Origin: Lama glama | Taxonomy: Eukaryota | NCBI GenBank assembly: GCA_028534125.1 | Contig: CM052832.1 | Location: 15,936,001-16,000,000 of the forward strand | DNA length: 64,000 bases | Direction of reading: 5' to 3' | Shown here: one piece after another, positions 37,393 through 51,284 of the stretch | Layout of the letters: every line of letters begins with the position of its first letter | How positions within the stretch are numbered: position 1 is the first letter of the stretch | Made by a program: the position numbers and the translations under genes | Notes under the pieces: model-generated | Database searches by the model: none | The model's input: only the letters and a program-made list of their open reading frames with translations | What the model was told of the DNA's origin: nothing

Positions 37393-38479
37393 CCATGTGG
37401 GTAGACGGTGGGATCAAGAAACAGTCATTGATATGGGTCAGGGTTACTGTAGGGAGACTCTCACGGTGCATCCTCTGTAACCTCAGGGTGGAAGATAAAG
37501 GTGTGGACTACTTCCTTGTGGAAATTCAGCTCAGCAGCTAAAGGGCTATAATCATTCCAGGCAAAGACACATATTTGAGTATTCACACAGAGGTTTGACA
37601 AGATTTGGAGTGGGAAGATAGGGTCACTCATGTGTAGTTTGGTATGATTAGAGGGTGGAATTCAGGTATCCTAGTCTTTGTGAGATTTGATGATGTACCA
37701 TTGAAAGTTGCCTGGATTTTCTTCAGCTTAACAAGAAAAATTCGAGGGAATTTAAGCAGAGGAGTGCTATGTCATGCTCCTCTGGTTATAAAGCCACCTT
37801 GGAAGCAGTATGAAGGGGACTTTTCAGAACTGTAGATTACTTTTTGTGATCCAAAAAGGATCCAGGTTAATTTGATGAACCCAATCCACCAAAAGCCAGT
37901 TTACTGAAGAACCAATGTACCAATGACCAGTTTGCGAAATTTACCAAAATGATTGATGTACCCTAAACTCATTTTCTTTTTTTTATTCCTAAGGTTTGTG
38001 TAAATTCATATCTGATGGCTTGGAGGGCTTGAAGGTGTTTTAGAGGCTAAGAATCACAGACCTCTGAGTATCTGTGTCCCTCTTGCCCTCCCATGGGCCC
38101 TGTTCTCTCACTCCCTGGGACTCCACTCCATCTTTCTTCCATCAAACAGCTCCAGTTTCCATGAAGCTTTATAACCAATGCATTTATAGAGACAAAATGA
38201 AAACAGGTCAATTATATTTCACAGATAATTTCAGAAATTGTTTTAAATGCTTTTAATATAAGTTGGAATAAATATTTTAAATAGTTGAGAAGTGTTTTGG
38301 TTGAATTTGGTAAATTTCATAAATTGATCCTTCAGAGAAATTAGCAAAAGAGCCCTTAAAATGCTAAAATATTGATTAAATAAAATATAACTTTTAAAAG
38401 GATTTGGTACCAATATAAATATAAACTGAAAATTTACTGTTTGACATGAGGACATTACTGTAATGTTCATGTTCTACAC

Positions 38480-40990
38480 AAGGCTAATGCTTCAATACTG
38501 GAGGAGGTGGCTGTTTCATCTAATGCATAGAAACCAACACAGAGATTCTGTTTCATCTAATGTATAAAAACCAACATAGAGAGTCAAGAAAAATGAACAA
38601 AATAACAGAAGAGTACATTCCAAACAAAATAACAAGATACAACCTCAAGAGAGAAAAAAAAAAACCTTAGTAAAAAGGACACAAGTCATTCACTTGAAGA
38701 AGAGTACTGGTCATAAAAATGCTCACTAAACTTGGGAGAAGAATAGATGAACACAGTGAGAACTTCAACAAAGAGACAGAAAATATAAGAAAATTAAAAG
38801 AGAACACACAGAATAGATGAATCAGAAGAAAGGATCAGTGAACTTAAAAGAAAAACCAGAGCAACTTGGCTAATCAGAGCAGCTAAAAGGAAAAAAAAAA
38901 TGGAAAAACAAGTAAAGGTAACTTAAGGGACTCATGGGACAACCTCAAGTGGACTAACATTTGCTTCCTGGAGTCCCAGAGGAAAAGAGAGCAAGAAAGG
39001 GACAGAAATTTTATTTGAAGAAATAATGGTTAAAAACTTCCTTAATCTTGGAAAAGAAATAGACATCCAGATCCAGGAAGCTGAGAGTTTAAATAATATC
39101 AGTCTGAAAAAATCCACACCAAGACACGTTATTATTAAAATGTTAAAAGTTAAAGACAAGGATAGAATCTTACAAGCAACAAAAGAAAAACAATTAGTTA
39201 CATACAACGGAATCCCCATAAGACTATCAGCAGATTTTCAGCACAAACATTGTAGAATGAGTAGCACAATGTATGTGGAGTACTGAAAGAAAAAAAATTT
39301 CCAACCAAGATTACTCTACCTGGCAGCTGTCAGTCAGGACTGAAGGAGAAATAAAGAGTTCTCCAGACAAGCAAAAGCTAAAGAATCTCATCAGAACTAG
39401 ACTGGCCTTACAGAAAATATGTATAGGGACCTCTTTAAGCTGAAAACAATGAGTGCTAATTAGTAACAAGGAAACATGAAGATATAAATCTCAATGGTAA
39501 AGGTAAATATACAGGAAAGGTAGTGGATTCACCACTCAAAAAGCTAGAATGAAGATCAAAAGACAAAAGTAGTAAAAAATAACTAGCTACAATAATTAGT
39601 TGAGATACAAGATATAAAAAGATGTAAAATGTGACATCAAAAACACAAAAATTGGGGAAGATAGAAATGTAGAGCTTTAGAATACATTCCAACTTAAGTT
39701 GTTATCAAATTTTAGTAGACTGTTATAAGTTGTTATATGTAAGCCTCATAGTAACTTCAAAGCAAAAACTTATAGTAAATACACAAAACATAAAGAGAAA
39801 AAAATCTAAGTACACCATTACAGAAAGTCATCAAGTACCATGGATGAGAGCAAGAGAAGAAAGAACAGAACTACAAAACAGCTATAAAATAATTAACAAT
39901 ATAAGAATAAGTACATATCTATTAATAATTACTTTAAATGTAAAGGGACTAAATTAGCCAATCAAAAAACATGGAGAGCCAAATGCATAAAAAGACAATA
40001 CCTATCTATATTCTGTGAACAATACACACTGTAGGTGTAAGGACATATACAGACTGCAAGTGAAGGGGTAAAAAAGATATTCCATACAAATGGAATCAAA
40101 AAGAAAGCTGGGGTAACTATATCTATATCAGACAAGATAGACATTAAAACAAAGACTGTAATAAAAGATGAAGAAGGGCATCACATAATAATAAAGGGGT
40201 CAATCTAATAAGAAGTTATAACATTTATAAATATTAATGCATCCAAAATGGGAGCACTTAATATTTGAAGCAAATATGAGCAGACATAAGCAGAGAAATA
40301 GATAGCAATACAAAATAATAGTAGTGTTCTTCAACAGCCCACTTCCATCAATGGTTAGATTGTCTAAACAGAAAATCAATAATGAAACATTGGCTTTAAA
40401 TGATATGTTACACAGATAGACTTAACAACTATATAAAGAACATTGCACCCAACAGAATGTACATTCTTCCCAAGTTCATATGAGTCATTCTTCAGGTTAG
40501 ATTAAATGTTAGGCCACAAAAGTCTTAACAAATGTAGGAATATTAAAATCATACCAAGCATCTTTTCTGATCACAATAGTATAAAACTATAAATCAATTA
40601 CAAAAAGAGAACTAGGAAAAAACACATATGTGTGAATATTAAACGATATGCTACTGAGCAGCCAGTGAGTCAATAAGGAAATCAAAAGTAAAATTTAAAA
40701 AGCTTTGACATAAATGAAAATGGAAATAAAACATACCAAAATTTATGGGATGCAGTAGAAGCAGTTTTAAAAGGAAAGTTCATAGTAAAAAAAAATACAT
40801 ACCTCAAGAAAGAAAAATCTCAAGTAAACAACCTAGCTTTATACCTCACGGTACCTGAAAAAGAAGAATAAACAAAGCTCAAATCTACTGAAAGGAAGGA
40901 AATAACAAAGATCAGAGCATAAGTAAAATACACTGAAAGATCACAGAAAGATCAGTGAAACTAAAAGCTGCTTCTCTGAAATGATAAACA
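38480..40990 (+). mobile_element. Degraded L1: ORF1 3' part plus ORF2 endonuclease region
   Basis: ORF1-like DIQIQEAE...PRHVIIKMLKVKDKDRILQATKEKQLVTYNGIPIRLSADF and ORF2 start LIITLNVKGLN, with many stops. Confidence 0.9.
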
Positions 40991-41087
40991 AAAGTTTGTG
41001 TTTATTATGGTCAACCTCAGTGCATCAGTGTCTTCAAATTGTCTGCTGATGCCTTGTGTTTGCCTCCTTACCTAGCTTTGTGTCTTT

Positions 41088-41118
41088 TGTGTGTGTGTGT
41101 GTGTGTGCGCGCGCGCGC
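41088..41118. repeat. (TG)n(CG)n microsatellite
   Basis: Read directly from the sequence. Confidence 0.9.
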
Positions 41119-42087
41119 CACTTCCCAAAGAGAATCTGTCTCTTAAAGCTCTCCCAGCTATATCCCACTTACATCCATCATCTTTACTCAGTGCTTGTTA
41201 GTTTGGTGGTGGGATATGGGATGGGGTCATTCTCTGATGTTATGTTTGTGCTTCAATCTTAGGCAGGCGCTGTGGGCTTGGGTGTCATCATAGTAACCTT
41301 CACAAGTATTTTTGCCCCTCCCCATGGGTAGAAATTCTTCCCTCACTCCCCTCCCCAGATAAAGTTGGTTACCACCAGCATCTTCAGGCTATAATTGTGA
41401 TGCTTTCCTCCCTGCAGATTTAAGTCTTTATTACTTAGGGGAAATGAGATAAGGGAGATAGATCCACCGAGAGGATTTTTTATTTCAGATACTGTTTTTA
41501 TTTCTAGATGTATGTTTTATTATTTTTATATCTTCTATTTCTCTACTCACCATGTCTTTATTTCTATAAATCCTTAAGTATATTTATCATAGATGTTTTA
41601 ACATCTTTGTCTGCTAATTCCATTGTTTTCTACTCCTTTTTTTCACTGACCTCTTTCTTTCCTCAATATAGTTAATGGTTCTCTTTCCTGGTGTGTCTGG
41701 TAATTTCCATCAGATGCTGAACATTGTGGATTTTATTTTGTTAAGTACTTGATTTTTATCATATTTCTTTAAAAAATGTTATTTATTATAACAGGCAGTT
41801 AGCTTACTTGCAGAACAGCTCAATCGTTTTGAGGTTTCTTTTTAAACTTTATTATATGCGCACTCAACAGGCCTGTGCTTAGCAAAAGTGATCTAGTTAA
41901 TGGCATAGCCGAGTCCCAATATACCAACAATAGAGAATGACACTGAGCTCTTAATATGGCACCATTTCTTGGGAAGACCAAGCTAAATGATAGCAGATTG
42001 ACTATATCAAAACCTTCCACCTTGGAGGGGAAGTGATTTATCCTTCCTAGACTTGGTATATATTTCAGATATGGGTTTGCCATTTTT

Positions 42088-42587
42088 NNNNNNNNNNNNN
42101 NNNNNNNNNNNNNNNNNNNNNNNNNNNNNNNNNNNNNNNNNNNNNNNNNNNNNNNNNNNNNNNNNNNNNNNNNNNNNNNNNNNNNNNNNNNNNNNNNNNN
42201 NNNNNNNNNNNNNNNNNNNNNNNNNNNNNNNNNNNNNNNNNNNNNNNNNNNNNNNNNNNNNNNNNNNNNNNNNNNNNNNNNNNNNNNNNNNNNNNNNNNN
42301 NNNNNNNNNNNNNNNNNNNNNNNNNNNNNNNNNNNNNNNNNNNNNNNNNNNNNNNNNNNNNNNNNNNNNNNNNNNNNNNNNNNNNNNNNNNNNNNNNNNN
42401 NNNNNNNNNNNNNNNNNNNNNNNNNNNNNNNNNNNNNNNNNNNNNNNNNNNNNNNNNNNNNNNNNNNNNNNNNNNNNNNNNNNNNNNNNNNNNNNNNNNN
42501 NNNNNNNNNNNNNNNNNNNNNNNNNNNNNNNNNNNNNNNNNNNNNNNNNNNNNNNNNNNNNNNNNNNNNNNNNNNNNNNNNNNNNNN
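42088..42587. other. Assembly gap (500 N)
   Basis: Run of N. Confidence 1.
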
Positions 42588-43837
42588 GGGCGGGGACGGG
42601 GCGGGGCCCCCGGGGCCACGGAGGGGACAGCACGGCCGGGGCGTCCTGTGCGGGGGGGGGGGGGGGGACCGAGGGCACAGCAGGGGGACGACGTTGGCTG
42701 CCCTGAAACATCCCTCGCAGCGTCGGCCCGGCCTGCCCGGCGTGGCTCCACCGCCTGTGGGCCGTACTGGGCCGCTCTTCCCACTCAGTCTGCACATCCC
42801 CGCCTCCTGCCTCAGGTGTGTTTGCTTCTTAACAGCTCGGCCTGGGGGAGTTAGGGCTGCTCCATGGCTGCGCTCAGGGCACCTTGCACACGTGGTAATG
42901 TATTACAGGCAAGAAATAATACAGTTTCACTTTTTGGTTTCAAATCATTATTCATCATAATCCTGGTTTCTTAAGTGGGTATCGCGGTGTCGTTAGCCCT
43001 GGACCTCTTCCAGGCAAGGGGCTGTCTTAATTATACGAACTCCATAAACCTTTGGTAAATTACTAGATAAAATGCTCAGTTACCCAATCACACATAAGCT
43101 CAAGAGAAAACAGAAGGGCAAACAGAGCCTTAAAAACTGACTTTACTAATTATTCTTTACTATTTTGCTTAATGCTTTAAAATAAACGTTTATTGACTTG
43201 GATCTTAATTTAGAATTTGTGAATACAAAGTTCGAGGAAAAAAGTGTTTACTGAAAATAAAAACAACACTTGAATGGTGTTGTAAGAGAGGGTCCCAATT
43301 TCTTAGAAAAGCACAACAAATGGCACAATAGAAAGGGCTGAAGTTTTGGGCTAAATGCCAATAATTATTGAATAAAAATTGTTTCAGGTTTCTTTTGGCC
43401 TAAACCCTGCCTAGTTTCTCTTCTCCTCCCCACTCCCCCAGCATCACCGTCCACTTTGGTGATAGATATTCTGATAATGGCAGCATGTAAGAAGTGTTCT
43501 TGCTCTCAGATTCTGTATTAGAGGGCTGAGAATTATAGATGCACTCTGCTTGAGAAGCATTACTTTGTAGTAAGGATGTGATGGTCACTGTTGTCCTACT
43601 TCACTGCGTGTGGAAATGTCTATACTTTTAAAATTCTCAGGCCACGTTGTATTCCAGGGTCTATGACTAGTGCTGTTCATCTCACGGCCAGCAGGTGGGA
43701 GTCAAATCTGCTGAATTTTCTCTCCTGTGGGGACCATTGGGACTAACTGAAAGCAGTGTCATTGTCCTAGCAGGAGTCACTAGAGCTGATCCTGATGGCC
43801 ACCTTCAAAAGGTGTAGGGGAAAACAAGTCCAGATTT

Positions 43838-43952
43838 TTAATTTTTATTTTTAAATTAAATTTTATTTTTTTAATGGAGCTACTGGGGATTGAACCCAGG
43901 ACCTCGTGCATGTTAAGCATGCGCTCTACCAACTGAGCTATACCCCCACCCA
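43838..43952 (-). mobile_element. Same SINE insertion in the second DQB copy
   Basis: Reverse complement of 32068-32180 at the equivalent position. Confidence 0.9.
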
Positions 43953-44254
43953 TTTTTTAAAAAATGTTTACGAACAATGGCCTGTATAATATAGGAGTTT
44001 ATAATTTTAAAATACTTCATTTTTATCAATTAGTATCAACATAGTAACTCTCACAGAATGATTACAACTATCTCTTGAGACTCTGAAAAGTAAACTGACT
44101 AATGCGTTTATTCAGGCTAATAAAGTGGCCCAGCTTGGATCCTAACCCATGACTTGGAATCCAGGGGTATTTCCACCGGGTACCATGGAAGGACTCTTCC
44201 CCATGGGGAGATTTTCTACGTGATCTCATGTCTCACTATGTCTTTTCTCCTCAG

Positions 44255-44536
44255 TGGAACCCACAGTGACCATCTCCACATCCAGGACAGAGGCTCTAAA
44301 CCACCACAACCTGCTGGTCTGCTCCGTAACAGATTTCTACCCAAGTCAGATCAAAGTTCGGTGGTTTCGCAATGACCAGGAGGAGACAGCCGGCGTCGTG
44401 TCCACCCCTCTTATTAGGAATGGGGACTGGACCTACCAGATCCTTGTGATGCTGGAAATGACTCCCCAGCAGGGAGATGTCTACACCTGCCGCGTGGAGC
44501 ACCCCAGCCTCCAGAGCCCCGTGACAGTGGAGTGGC
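44255..44536 (+). CDS. DQB: Second DQ beta copy, exon 3
   Basis: 282 nt, AG/GT bounded. The protein matches the first copy except NHHN versus NQHN. Exons 1-2 are absent because the sequence stops at the gap 42088-42587 just 3' of exon 2. Confidence 0.9.
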
Positions 44537-45039
44537 GTAAGAGACAGTGTGTTTCCTTTCACTGTGGGCCCCACAGGACAGGGGCAGACAGAGCTTCCCT
44601 GGTCCATCCCACCTCAGCCCTTGTCCCCAGCATCACTACTGAGCTGGAAATCACAGGAGGCAAGAGTGCCTCTTGCCTCATAGCGTGGGTATCAGAGGAA
44701 CCCTGAGCTTATGGTCTTTCCAGATACTGGGAGATCCCTCAACACTCCCTGGCTGCGGAGCCCAGCCCTCGCAGCTCTGCAGGACTGACTGGTCACCAGG
44801 CTCTTAGGGTCTAAGGTTATGGATGTGTCCGTATGGAGCAGGGATCTGCCTTCCCCTTCTCCCACCTGCCCAATCTGTCCAAGGGTCTATTGGCTGGTCC
44901 CTCCCCTCGGGGTGGTCAGAATGGGGAACTGGGTTCCCCTGGCACCTCCACCTCCTGTACCTCAGACTGGACTTTGGGCTTCTCAGAGGGACACCTGGGA
45001 GGTGGGGACAAGTGCTGACACTCAGGCTCTGCTCCCCAG

Positions 45040-45150
45040 GGGCACAGTCTGAGTCCGCCCGGAGCAAGATGCTGAGTGGTGTTGGGGGCTTCGTGCTGGG
45101 GCTGATCTTCCTCGGGCTGGGCCTTTTCATCCGTCACAGGAGCCAGAAGG
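45040..45150 (+). CDS. DQB: Second DQ beta copy, exon 4
   Basis: 111 nt. Translates [37 protein letters not shown]. Confidence 0.9.
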
Positions 45151-45617
45151 GTAAGGAACTCTGGGGAGAGGGGGATGACGGGCTGTGACTGAGACCTCTG
45201 TTCAGGGAGGCCTCTGTCTCTAGATGTGACTCTTTCCTCCTGAGACTGAAAGGAAGGAGGCTAAGTTGGTGGTGGGAGGAAACGGGACAGCATAGGGAGA
45301 AGGTGGGGTCTGGTTTTAACATTGGAAAGGCAGCCCTTTACAGAGGGGACAGCTGGAGTTTATCCTTGGACTTCCTTCCATCAGGGACTTCATCATTGTC
45401 TCACAGGCTCCTTTCCTAAAGCTTCCTTCATTAAGACAGTCAGAGCATTGGCTTCCTTTCCTTCTAGAAACAGTTTCATTCATTTTGTGAGATTTTATTT
45501 TAGGGCAGTGAAGACCTTGTGGGTAGGGAGGAAATATATTTTGAACTATGTTGCTTGTCTCATTTCCCTTTGGGGAGAGTGAGGCACTGGCTGTTTGGGT
45601 CATGAGACCTTTTGTAG

Positions 45618-45641
45618 GATGTCCTGGGCCTCCACCAGCAG
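45618..45641 (+). other. Vestigial exon 5 of the second DQB copy (donor lost)
   Basis: gtAG-GATGTCCTGGGCCTCCACCAGCAG is followed by CTGC. Confidence 0.75.
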
Positions 45642-46228
45642 CTGCTATATTTCTGCTCTGATTGCGTGGGGCTTGGGGGACAGGTAAAGGGGGGCAAGGT
45701 GTGAGGTGAGTGTACCTGGGCACAGTGGTCTCCTTCATGGCCTGTTCCCTGCTATGGGATCAGGAGTTAGGGGGCAGTTTTCTGTAGGAAGCTCCTGGAG
45801 TTGTTCCCCAGGACCGGGCCATGACTTTGGTGGCATCTTTCTGTGAAACTTGGAGCCAGGAATGTGGTGTGAGTGTTAGACACCAGGACGGTGCCCACTT
45901 CATGCCACATGTTGGCACTACCTGTGGGTGTTTATAAGTGACTGAAAGTAGTGGGAAAAGCTGTGTTATCATTTAATTTACTGAAAAGATTGAACTCTTC
46001 ATATCCCCCGGAAGGATACCAGCTGCTCCCCGCCTCCCACACATTTACATCAGGCTGAAGCGCTGTGTCCTCTTTAGCTGATTCCCCTTCCTGCAGATAC
46101 TGGGAGGGGGGGTGACGATGTGCCCTGGGCCTCAGCTCTCTCTGCCTGATGCTGCAGGGACCCCGAGAGGAGAGGAGAGGGTGCGTCCCTCAGGGTGCCG
46201 CGTGCTGATCACCCTCTCTCTTCCGCAG

Positions 46229-46242
46229 GGCTCGTGCGCTGA
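46229..46242 (+). CDS. DQB: Second DQ beta copy, last coding exon (GLVR*)
   Basis: ccgcAG-GGCTCGTGCGCTGA, with ATTAAA at 46573-46578. Confidence 0.85.
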
Positions 46243-46980
46243 CTCCTGGAGGACGCTTTGGGACTGGCTTTTGCTCTTCTGTAATGCCTGTTTGTCCTTG
46301 CCTGGAATTCCAAGCTGCCTGTCAGCCTGCCCCACTCTGAGGTCAGATCCTGTGGTGATTCTGATGCAGTCACCTGGTCCCTTCCTGTGACCCCCGCCTC
46401 GAGGCTCTGGCTGTGACGCTGTCTCCTGCATGACCCCAGAGCCTCTGCCTGTGCCCTGCCAGCTGCATCTACATGGAGCCCAAGGAGTTTCTCTGTTCCC
46501 ACTTTTACTCAACAGACTCTGTGGGAGAAGCACATTGAAACCATCCACCTGACTATAGAGCTTTTTACCATAATTAAACATGATTATGAGTTATCTGTAC
46601 TCTGAATCTCCATAAATGAGCAGAGGTAGAAAACTTCTACAGAATGAAGGAACATATTTTGAGGTGACCCAATCAACTGGTGACCAGAAGGAGGGACTGT
46701 TCCTTGAAGGAGACTAGAAGCATCATGGTGTGGACAGAGGAAAAAGAAAATCAATTTTTCTCTATCTATACCTTTGTCACTATCTGTATCTCTTTGTCTC
46801 TCTGTCTCTCTATTTTCTACATCTTTCTCATCACCTCACATCTTATCTTGGTTTCTGTGTGTGTGTGTATGAGTCTGTCTCTGTTGTGTGTTTCTAGCAT
46901 TTATACCAGAGTTTTAATCATTTTAGGAGAGATTCTGACTGGTAACATGCCCACCTCTCAGAAACATCATCCTGTACATG

Positions 46981-47793
46981 GGGTACAGACAGCCGGCACT
47001 GTGCCCATCCCTCTTATTAAGAACAGGGACTGGATTTCCCAGAAACGCCTTCCCAGCATGGAGATGTCTGCACCTGTCACATGGAGCACCCCAGCCTCCA
47101 GAGTCCCCCCAGGTGGAGTGGCATAAGGGGAAGATTGTGTCTTGTGGACCCCACAAGACAAGTGGCAGAGCCCCCTCTGGCCCCAGGGTCCGTCTTTGGC
47201 TCTAGGGCCAACTCACATCCATCCCATTGCTTGTCTCCTGCACAGCCACCTGACACCATTGCTGAGCTGGAATTCCCAGAGGACACAGCTCCACTTTTCT
47301 GTGAACATAATGACCTGTTTATTCATGATGATTTCCCTTCCCAGGTGTTAGGGAGGTCACTATGCACTGTGGCGCCTTAGGCATTGACCCAGTCCTGAAA
47401 GCTAGTCTTCATCTCAGTCTCTGGGATTTGTCATTAAGACAGAAACTTACCTCTGAGGTTATGGATGGCTATGCCCCTGAGGAGCAGGCATCCCCTTTGC
47501 TCTACTCCGTCAGCCACACACTGGACACAAGAAGCCAATGGCAGTTACTTCCCTCTCCTGGATGAGATAAGAATGGAGAACTGGGCTTTCTTGGGACTCT
47601 TATCTCTTGTACCCCAGGCTGTACTGCAGGTCATCGGCCAGGGACACTGTAGAGTGTGGGGACCCCAGATTCTGCTTTCTAAGCTCAGAATCTGGATCTG
47701 TCCAGAGCAAGATGCTGAGTGGGGTCAGAGGTTTTGTGCTGACTTTGTCATCTTCCTTAGGGTGCTCATTGTCACTCACAAGAGTGAAGAGAG
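46981..47793 (+). pseudogene. Second copy of the decayed DQB-type exon 3/exon 4 fragment
   Basis: Reverse-complement homologue of 28222-29035. Reads SESGSVQSKMLSGVRGFVL at about 47684-47740. Confidence 0.85.
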
Positions 47794-50384
47794 AGTGACA
47801 CCATGGGGAAACTGGGAGGACTTGTGCTGGGTGCCCAGGGAGCCCTCGGTCTCTATATGTAGCTCTTTGATTTTGACCCTGCAAAGGCAAGAGGCAGGAC
47901 TGGAGATTGCACCAGACTCAGAGTTTAGGGAGACACTGAGATCTGACTTTTCTAGTTAAAACATAAGCCCTATTATGGGGGTGAAAGGTGAAGCGTATTC
48001 TGTGACATTATTACAGTTCCATGTTGTCGCACTGGCCCCGTGCTGGAAGATTCCTTCTTAATGAAAGTGTCAGAGTCTTCTTCTCTTTCTTCTAGTGACA
48101 ATTTCACAGAAACAATTATTTTTTTGCACCTAGATTTCATTGGGAAATGTAATCTTTTATTGATAATTTAGTTAAAAATAACAAGTATATCTTTTACAAA
48201 CAAGTTTGCTAACAAAAAAATCCAAGACTTAGTAGCCATGTACTTTGGAGAAAAGTGTACAGACGTGCTAGAGAGCAACCTGCTTGTCACGAGCATCTGG
48301 TCTAACCTCCAGTCACATCAGACGGTATGTCTTTCGGGGACAGTGGTGTTCACCAGTGTTCCATAAGCCCCTGTACATTTCTCAGTATTCTCTGCCACTA
48401 GGTTGGCGTCTGGTGACTGGTACCAGCCAATGGAACTTAAAAGTGGGTGTAGGCTCTGCCTGCTTTGTCTTTCCCTACTACTGGAAGCGTGAAAGACATT
48501 GTTGAGTGTACAAGATATCGAAACTCTGAATCATAACCTGAATCCCTTGAATGACTGTGGAATTGAGTCCCCTTTATTGAGCTAAGCCACTGAGATTAAG
48601 TTTTTACTGCAGGTTGAGGTCTTGGTGCAACATAACCTTGAACTTCCAGACTATAATTAACTGAAGGAATAGAGTTCATAAGTTAGAAGGATGAGTCAGT
48701 TGAGTTAATGAAAGTTGAAATGATAAAGTTTAAAAAACATTTATTTTTTTGTTTGTTTTCTTCCATCTGAAAATATATGTATTCCCAGTGATTAGAACAA
48801 TGCTTCTGTAGGGGATGCTGTTCTGATCCACCAAGATTCCTCCCTTTGGGAACGAAGGATTTATTCCCTCAGTTGCTGGGATTGTTGCTGTCTGACAGCC
48901 CTCAGCTGTTTGGCCTCCTTCAGAATTACCTGAGGTGAGGAGAGCTGTCTCACCCAATTTCACTCCACTTCCCAGGGGAACTCATCTCCAATGACTGTTC
49001 ATTGCAGGGGTATAAAGGTCCTGAACCCCACGGTAATTTGGGTCAACTCTGAAGGGCTCTGGCAGTTTCAGAACTCCTTAAGGGTTAGGCTAGACATTTT
49101 CCTGACTGCATAACAGCCCAACTTTATCTTCTGTAATTTTTCTCTCAGTTTCTACTTTAATTTAAATGTGTTTTGTGTCTTCTTCCCTTCAATGGCCAAT
49201 GTCTCTTATCCTCCATCTTGGAAGATGAAGGTATTGGCATCGCTACCCTTCTTTCCCCCTCTCCTCATGCTTCCACTCACCACACTGAGGTATTTGCCCT
49301 TTTTAGAATATTGTCAAAGTTGAAAATATTGGCATTCGGCTCTAACAATAATTGTCCTTGGGTGTTGCTCATAGCTTAATTCTAAAAGTTGGAAAAAACT
49401 TTTTGTCACTTTATAAATATCATTTATGTAGTCAAGCATCTCAGGCTTGCCTTGGAGCTGCAGTAGTAAGATCTCTTTTCCGTGATGTCCTGAGTTGAAT
49501 CCGTTGTTTCTTGGATAACAACCTCACTTTACTAAGTCATATTCTTAATCAACTTCCAATAAAACTGTGTATGGTAAGTAAATTTGTATCCTTTCATGTC
49601 TAACAGTATTTTAATTCTTTCTTCATGCCTGTTCATGATTTTGAAAAAGTATACACTAACTGTGCAAGGAAAGTATTATTGTTACCATATTATAGATAGG
49701 AAAGATAAGGCTCATAAATGTCACATACTTTATCCATGTTGTAAAGTTTAAACTACTAGCTACAAAGTGCTGGGTTTGGAGTTAGGTTTCTTTGCACCAA
49801 ACTATGCTATATCAATTGTTGTGTTCATATTGTGTCTTTTTTTCCTAATTACATTTCAAGCTCACCGACAGATAGCATGGACAGGGACAATCTTATACAT
49901 TTTATAGCTGTTCCATAATACGTCCGAGATGCAATGTAGACTCAGTAACTGCAGAGCAGAAATACTGAGGCAATGTGCCTAAAACCTATCCAAGGGCAAA
50001 ATGACTCCAAGTCAAGTCACATACACTCTTCTCTCAAGAGTGAGGCCCTGGACACACTGAGGAGAGCCAGAGAATCCCACCTGTTGATCCATTCCCTCTG
50101 CTCAGATCTTCACTAGGAGACAATGAATCCAGGGGAGGAGGTGGCACCCACAGCCGTTGCTACATTACCTCAACTGTGTTGTTCCTGCTGGGATTTCTCG
50201 CTTATAGGCTGATGCTTCCCTTAGCCGGGAGGGCGAGGGGCAGGGGGCTGGGGTTAGTGGGGTGTTCTGCTGGGTACACAAGGATGCACAGGGACTCAGC
50301 GAGCCTGGCTTAGGCTTACTGTCCTAGGGACATCCTGCAGCCCTGTTCACTCTGCTGCCCCCGACATGCCACGTCAGGGAAGTC

Positions 50385-50484
50385 NNNNNNNNNNNNNNNN
50401 NNNNNNNNNNNNNNNNNNNNNNNNNNNNNNNNNNNNNNNNNNNNNNNNNNNNNNNNNNNNNNNNNNNNNNNNNNNNNNNNNNNN
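50385..50484. other. Assembly gap (100 N)
   Basis: Run of N. Confidence 1.
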
Positions 50485-50789
50485 TTCAAATGAGTAAAGT
50501 TTTACATCTGCTTTTTTGTATTTGTGTTCTAACAAATCTACACCAAAGGCAGAGGGTATATATTTTATTACTTTCATTGAAGTCTGATTTGGGGGGGTGG
50601 GTGGCAGTGGCCACGGACAGGAAAAAAAGGAAGAGAGAAATATTAACCTCAGATAAGGTAGCAAAGTACTGTGTTTGCTCCTGTGTTACTGGGTGTGAAA
50701 CATGATCTGGGAAATCAGATCAAATGGGCCTGTAGAGTAAGAGACCTAGTCAACCTTGAGATGAAAGACAGGAAAAAATTCAGTAAAGA

Positions 50790-51098
50790 CCTCGTAAAGG
50801 GATTTATTGCTTCCATGGATATATTAGTTTAGGGTCACTGAGGGATTAAGTAGCTGGGTGGGATAGCTCAGGGATCTCCAATAGGGAACAATTTAGGAAA
50901 GAAAAAAACTAGGGGGCCACGGGGAGAGTTCCAAGGGCTATGTATGAGAGTTCTGAGATGATACGGCACCTTAAGTCCCAGAGAAGAGGTGAGAGGAGGA
51001 GTGCAGGAGGAGAAAAGGTATATGACGAACTTGGCCAGAAAATGGTTCTAGGTCGTCTAGCGCGTCCGCTCTTCTGCTCCCGTAGATGGGCAGTGCAC
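50790..51098 (-). other. DQA: DQA exon 5 (non-coding 3'UTR) with polyA signal
   Basis: Acceptor ctgcAG at 51099-51100 and AATAAA at 50803-50808 (-). The 3' end is approximate. Confidence 0.75.
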
Positions 51099-51284
51099 CT
51101 GCAGCAGGACAGACACGAGGCGGGTGGGTCTTAGGGACTCCTGGGCCATTATCATGCTGTTTCCCAATTCTGCAACTTTTGAACACATTTGTGTTCAAAA
51201 TCTCTTCCCAATTTTCTTCCTCCTGTACTGTGTCTCTAGCTCTAAAAAAAATTTGAATTCTTACCTTCCCTTCTGGAGTGTGAC

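Larger units (their letters stand above)
42588..50384. repeat. Right arm of the large inverted duplication (an entire contig between two gaps)
   Basis: Ends in ...CACGTCAGGGAAGTC, the exact reverse complement of GACTTCCCTGACGTG at 22149. Confidence 0.95.

Noticed and set aside
39026..39286. L1 ORF1-like open frame
   Set aside because: It is a short surviving piece of a degraded L1 with surrounding stops and frameshifts, not an active or domesticated gene.
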